Below are positions 62,486-64,000 of a stretch of DNA of 64,000 nucleotides, one piece after another. A program made the position numbers and the translations under genes. The DNA is taken from positions 304,296,001-304,360,000 of the forward strand of contig NC_091979.1 in assembly GCF_044704955.1 (NCBI RefSeq), read 5' to 3'. The notes beneath the pieces were generated by a model. It had not been told where the DNA came from, made no database searches, and worked only from the letters and a program-made list of their open reading frames with translations. The DNA comes from Pristiophorus japonicus (taxonomy: Eukaryota). Position 1 is the stretch's first letter, and each line of letters starts with the position of its first letter.

Positions 62486-63024
62486 TAGAATCATTATAGA
62501 ATCATAGAAGTTTACAGCACTGAAGGCGGCCATTTTGCCCATCATGTCCATGCCGGCCAACAAAAGGCTATCCAGCCTAATCCCACTTTCCAGCTCTAAG
62601 TCCATAACCCTGCAAGTTTGGCACTTCAAGTGTGCCCATCCAAGTACTTTTTAAATGTGGTGAGGGTTTCTGCCTCTACCACCCTTTCAGGCAGTGAGTT
62701 CCAGACCCCCACAACCCTCTGCATGAAGAAATTTCCCTTCAAATCCCTTCTAAACCAATTACTTTAAATTTATGCCCCTGGTTGTTGACCTGTCTGCCAA
62801 GGGAAGTAGACCCTTTCTATCCACTATATCGAGGCCCCTCATAACTTTATACACCTCAATGAGGTCTCCCCTCAGCCTCTCCTGTTCCAAGGAAAACAAA
62901 TCCAGCCTATCCAATCTATCCTCATAGCTAAGATTCTCCAGTCCCGGCAACATCCTCGTAAATCTCCTCTGGACCCTTACATCTTTCCTGTAAAGTGGTG
63001 ACCAAAACTGCACGCAGTACTCCA
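62486..63024 (-). mobile_element. CR1 3' fragment nested in an older CR1 remnant (~62390-63240)
   Basis: [15 protein letters not shown]...RLRGDLIEVYK; TTCTATGA tail. Confidence 0.8.
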
Positions 63025-63708
63025 GCCCTTCAAATGTTTCCAAGTGCTTTTTGAAAGTTACAATTGAACCTGCTTCCATCACCTTTCCATGCAACACATT
63101 CCAGATCATAACTTGCTGCGTTCAAACATTTTTCCTTATCTGCCCTCTGGTTCTTTTGCCAATTATCTCAAATCTGGGTCCCCTGGTTACCGACTCTCCT
63201 GCCAATTGAAAGTGTCTCTCCCTATTTACTCTATCAAAACCCCTCTATTAAATCTCCCATTTCTATTAGTAAATATTTAAAAGCAATCTAGCAGATCTAG
63301 ATTCAAAAGCAAAATACTACAGATGCTGGAGATCTTTTCTCATAAGCATGTGAAAAACAGAGTGGCTGTTTACATTCTCTGTTGGTCTTTTAGGGATGTT
63401 AAATATAACTGGACTTTGAATAAAATGTATTTTTTTTAGTCCAATAAACAATCAGTTTATTAAGTGTTAAAATGCCCCCCTGCTCAAAGAAAAATGTCTT
63501 AATACCAGCATATTGGGAGCTAGTTCACAACGTAATCTAAATGCAATGAGAAGACAAAATGGAAGTGAAAACGTCTTCATTTGAATTTGCGGAAACACCG
63601 CCGCCTCGAAATCACAAACCAATCTGATTTGGTCATATACCACCGTTCCTTCATCGTCGCTGGGTTAATATATCCCAAGATTCCCTCCCTATCATCATCA
63701 TAGGAGTA

Positions 63709-64000
63709 CAAGTTGAACCTCCCTTATCCGGGACTCCCTTATCCAGAACCACCTCTCGTCCGGCACCATTCCCGGCCACCGGGTGGCGCATGCGCAGAAC
63801 TCCGACACGAACAAATTGAAGTCCTTCTTCGCTGCTGACTCCCGCAATCGCTGGCTTGACCCCGCGATCCACTGTCCGCACCCCCACCCCCCTCCCGATC
63901 TCTTTGCCGACTCCCAGCCCCAAGCCAGCCAGCCCCAATATCCCCTTGCTCATCCTGTACCATCCAATTTAACGTGACCTCGCCTCGTCCGGCAGGTCCT
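63709..64000 (+). mobile_element. Tigger-like MITE left end, runs off the window
   Basis: TA|CAAGTTGAACCTCCCTTATCCGG, resembling Tigger4/Zombi-type termini. Confidence 0.55.

Overview
Vertebrate genomic DNA, almost certainly from a cartilaginous fish (shark): it carries a shark-type MHC class I retrocopy and SacSINE1/AmnSINE1-like SINEs. The window is essentially intronic. The only host coding exon I can support is a 252-bp minus-strand exon (51319-51570) of an ARID5B-like gene, with at least 51 kb of intron downstream of it. The rest is dense, nested transposon sequence: CR1, L2, RTE and Tx1 LINE fragments, DeuSINEs, three solo LTRs, a near-complete PIF/Harbinger element with several derivatives, and Tigger-like MITEs. 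There is one assembly gap (3254-3815). The most unusual item is a ~345-bp retroposed element at 8230-8576 built from rearranged U2 and U1 snRNA modules, with a poly(A) tail and an 11-bp TSD; it is a candidate snRNA-derived SINE or the retrocopy of an unknown Sm-class RNA. The second is a ~1.9-kb TSD-flanked composite insertion (CR1 + processed MHC class I cDNA + non-autonomous RTE) with LINE tails facing outward at both ends. Most ORFs in the supplied track are TE fragments or spurious. Family names and reference sequences are from memory, not from database searches.
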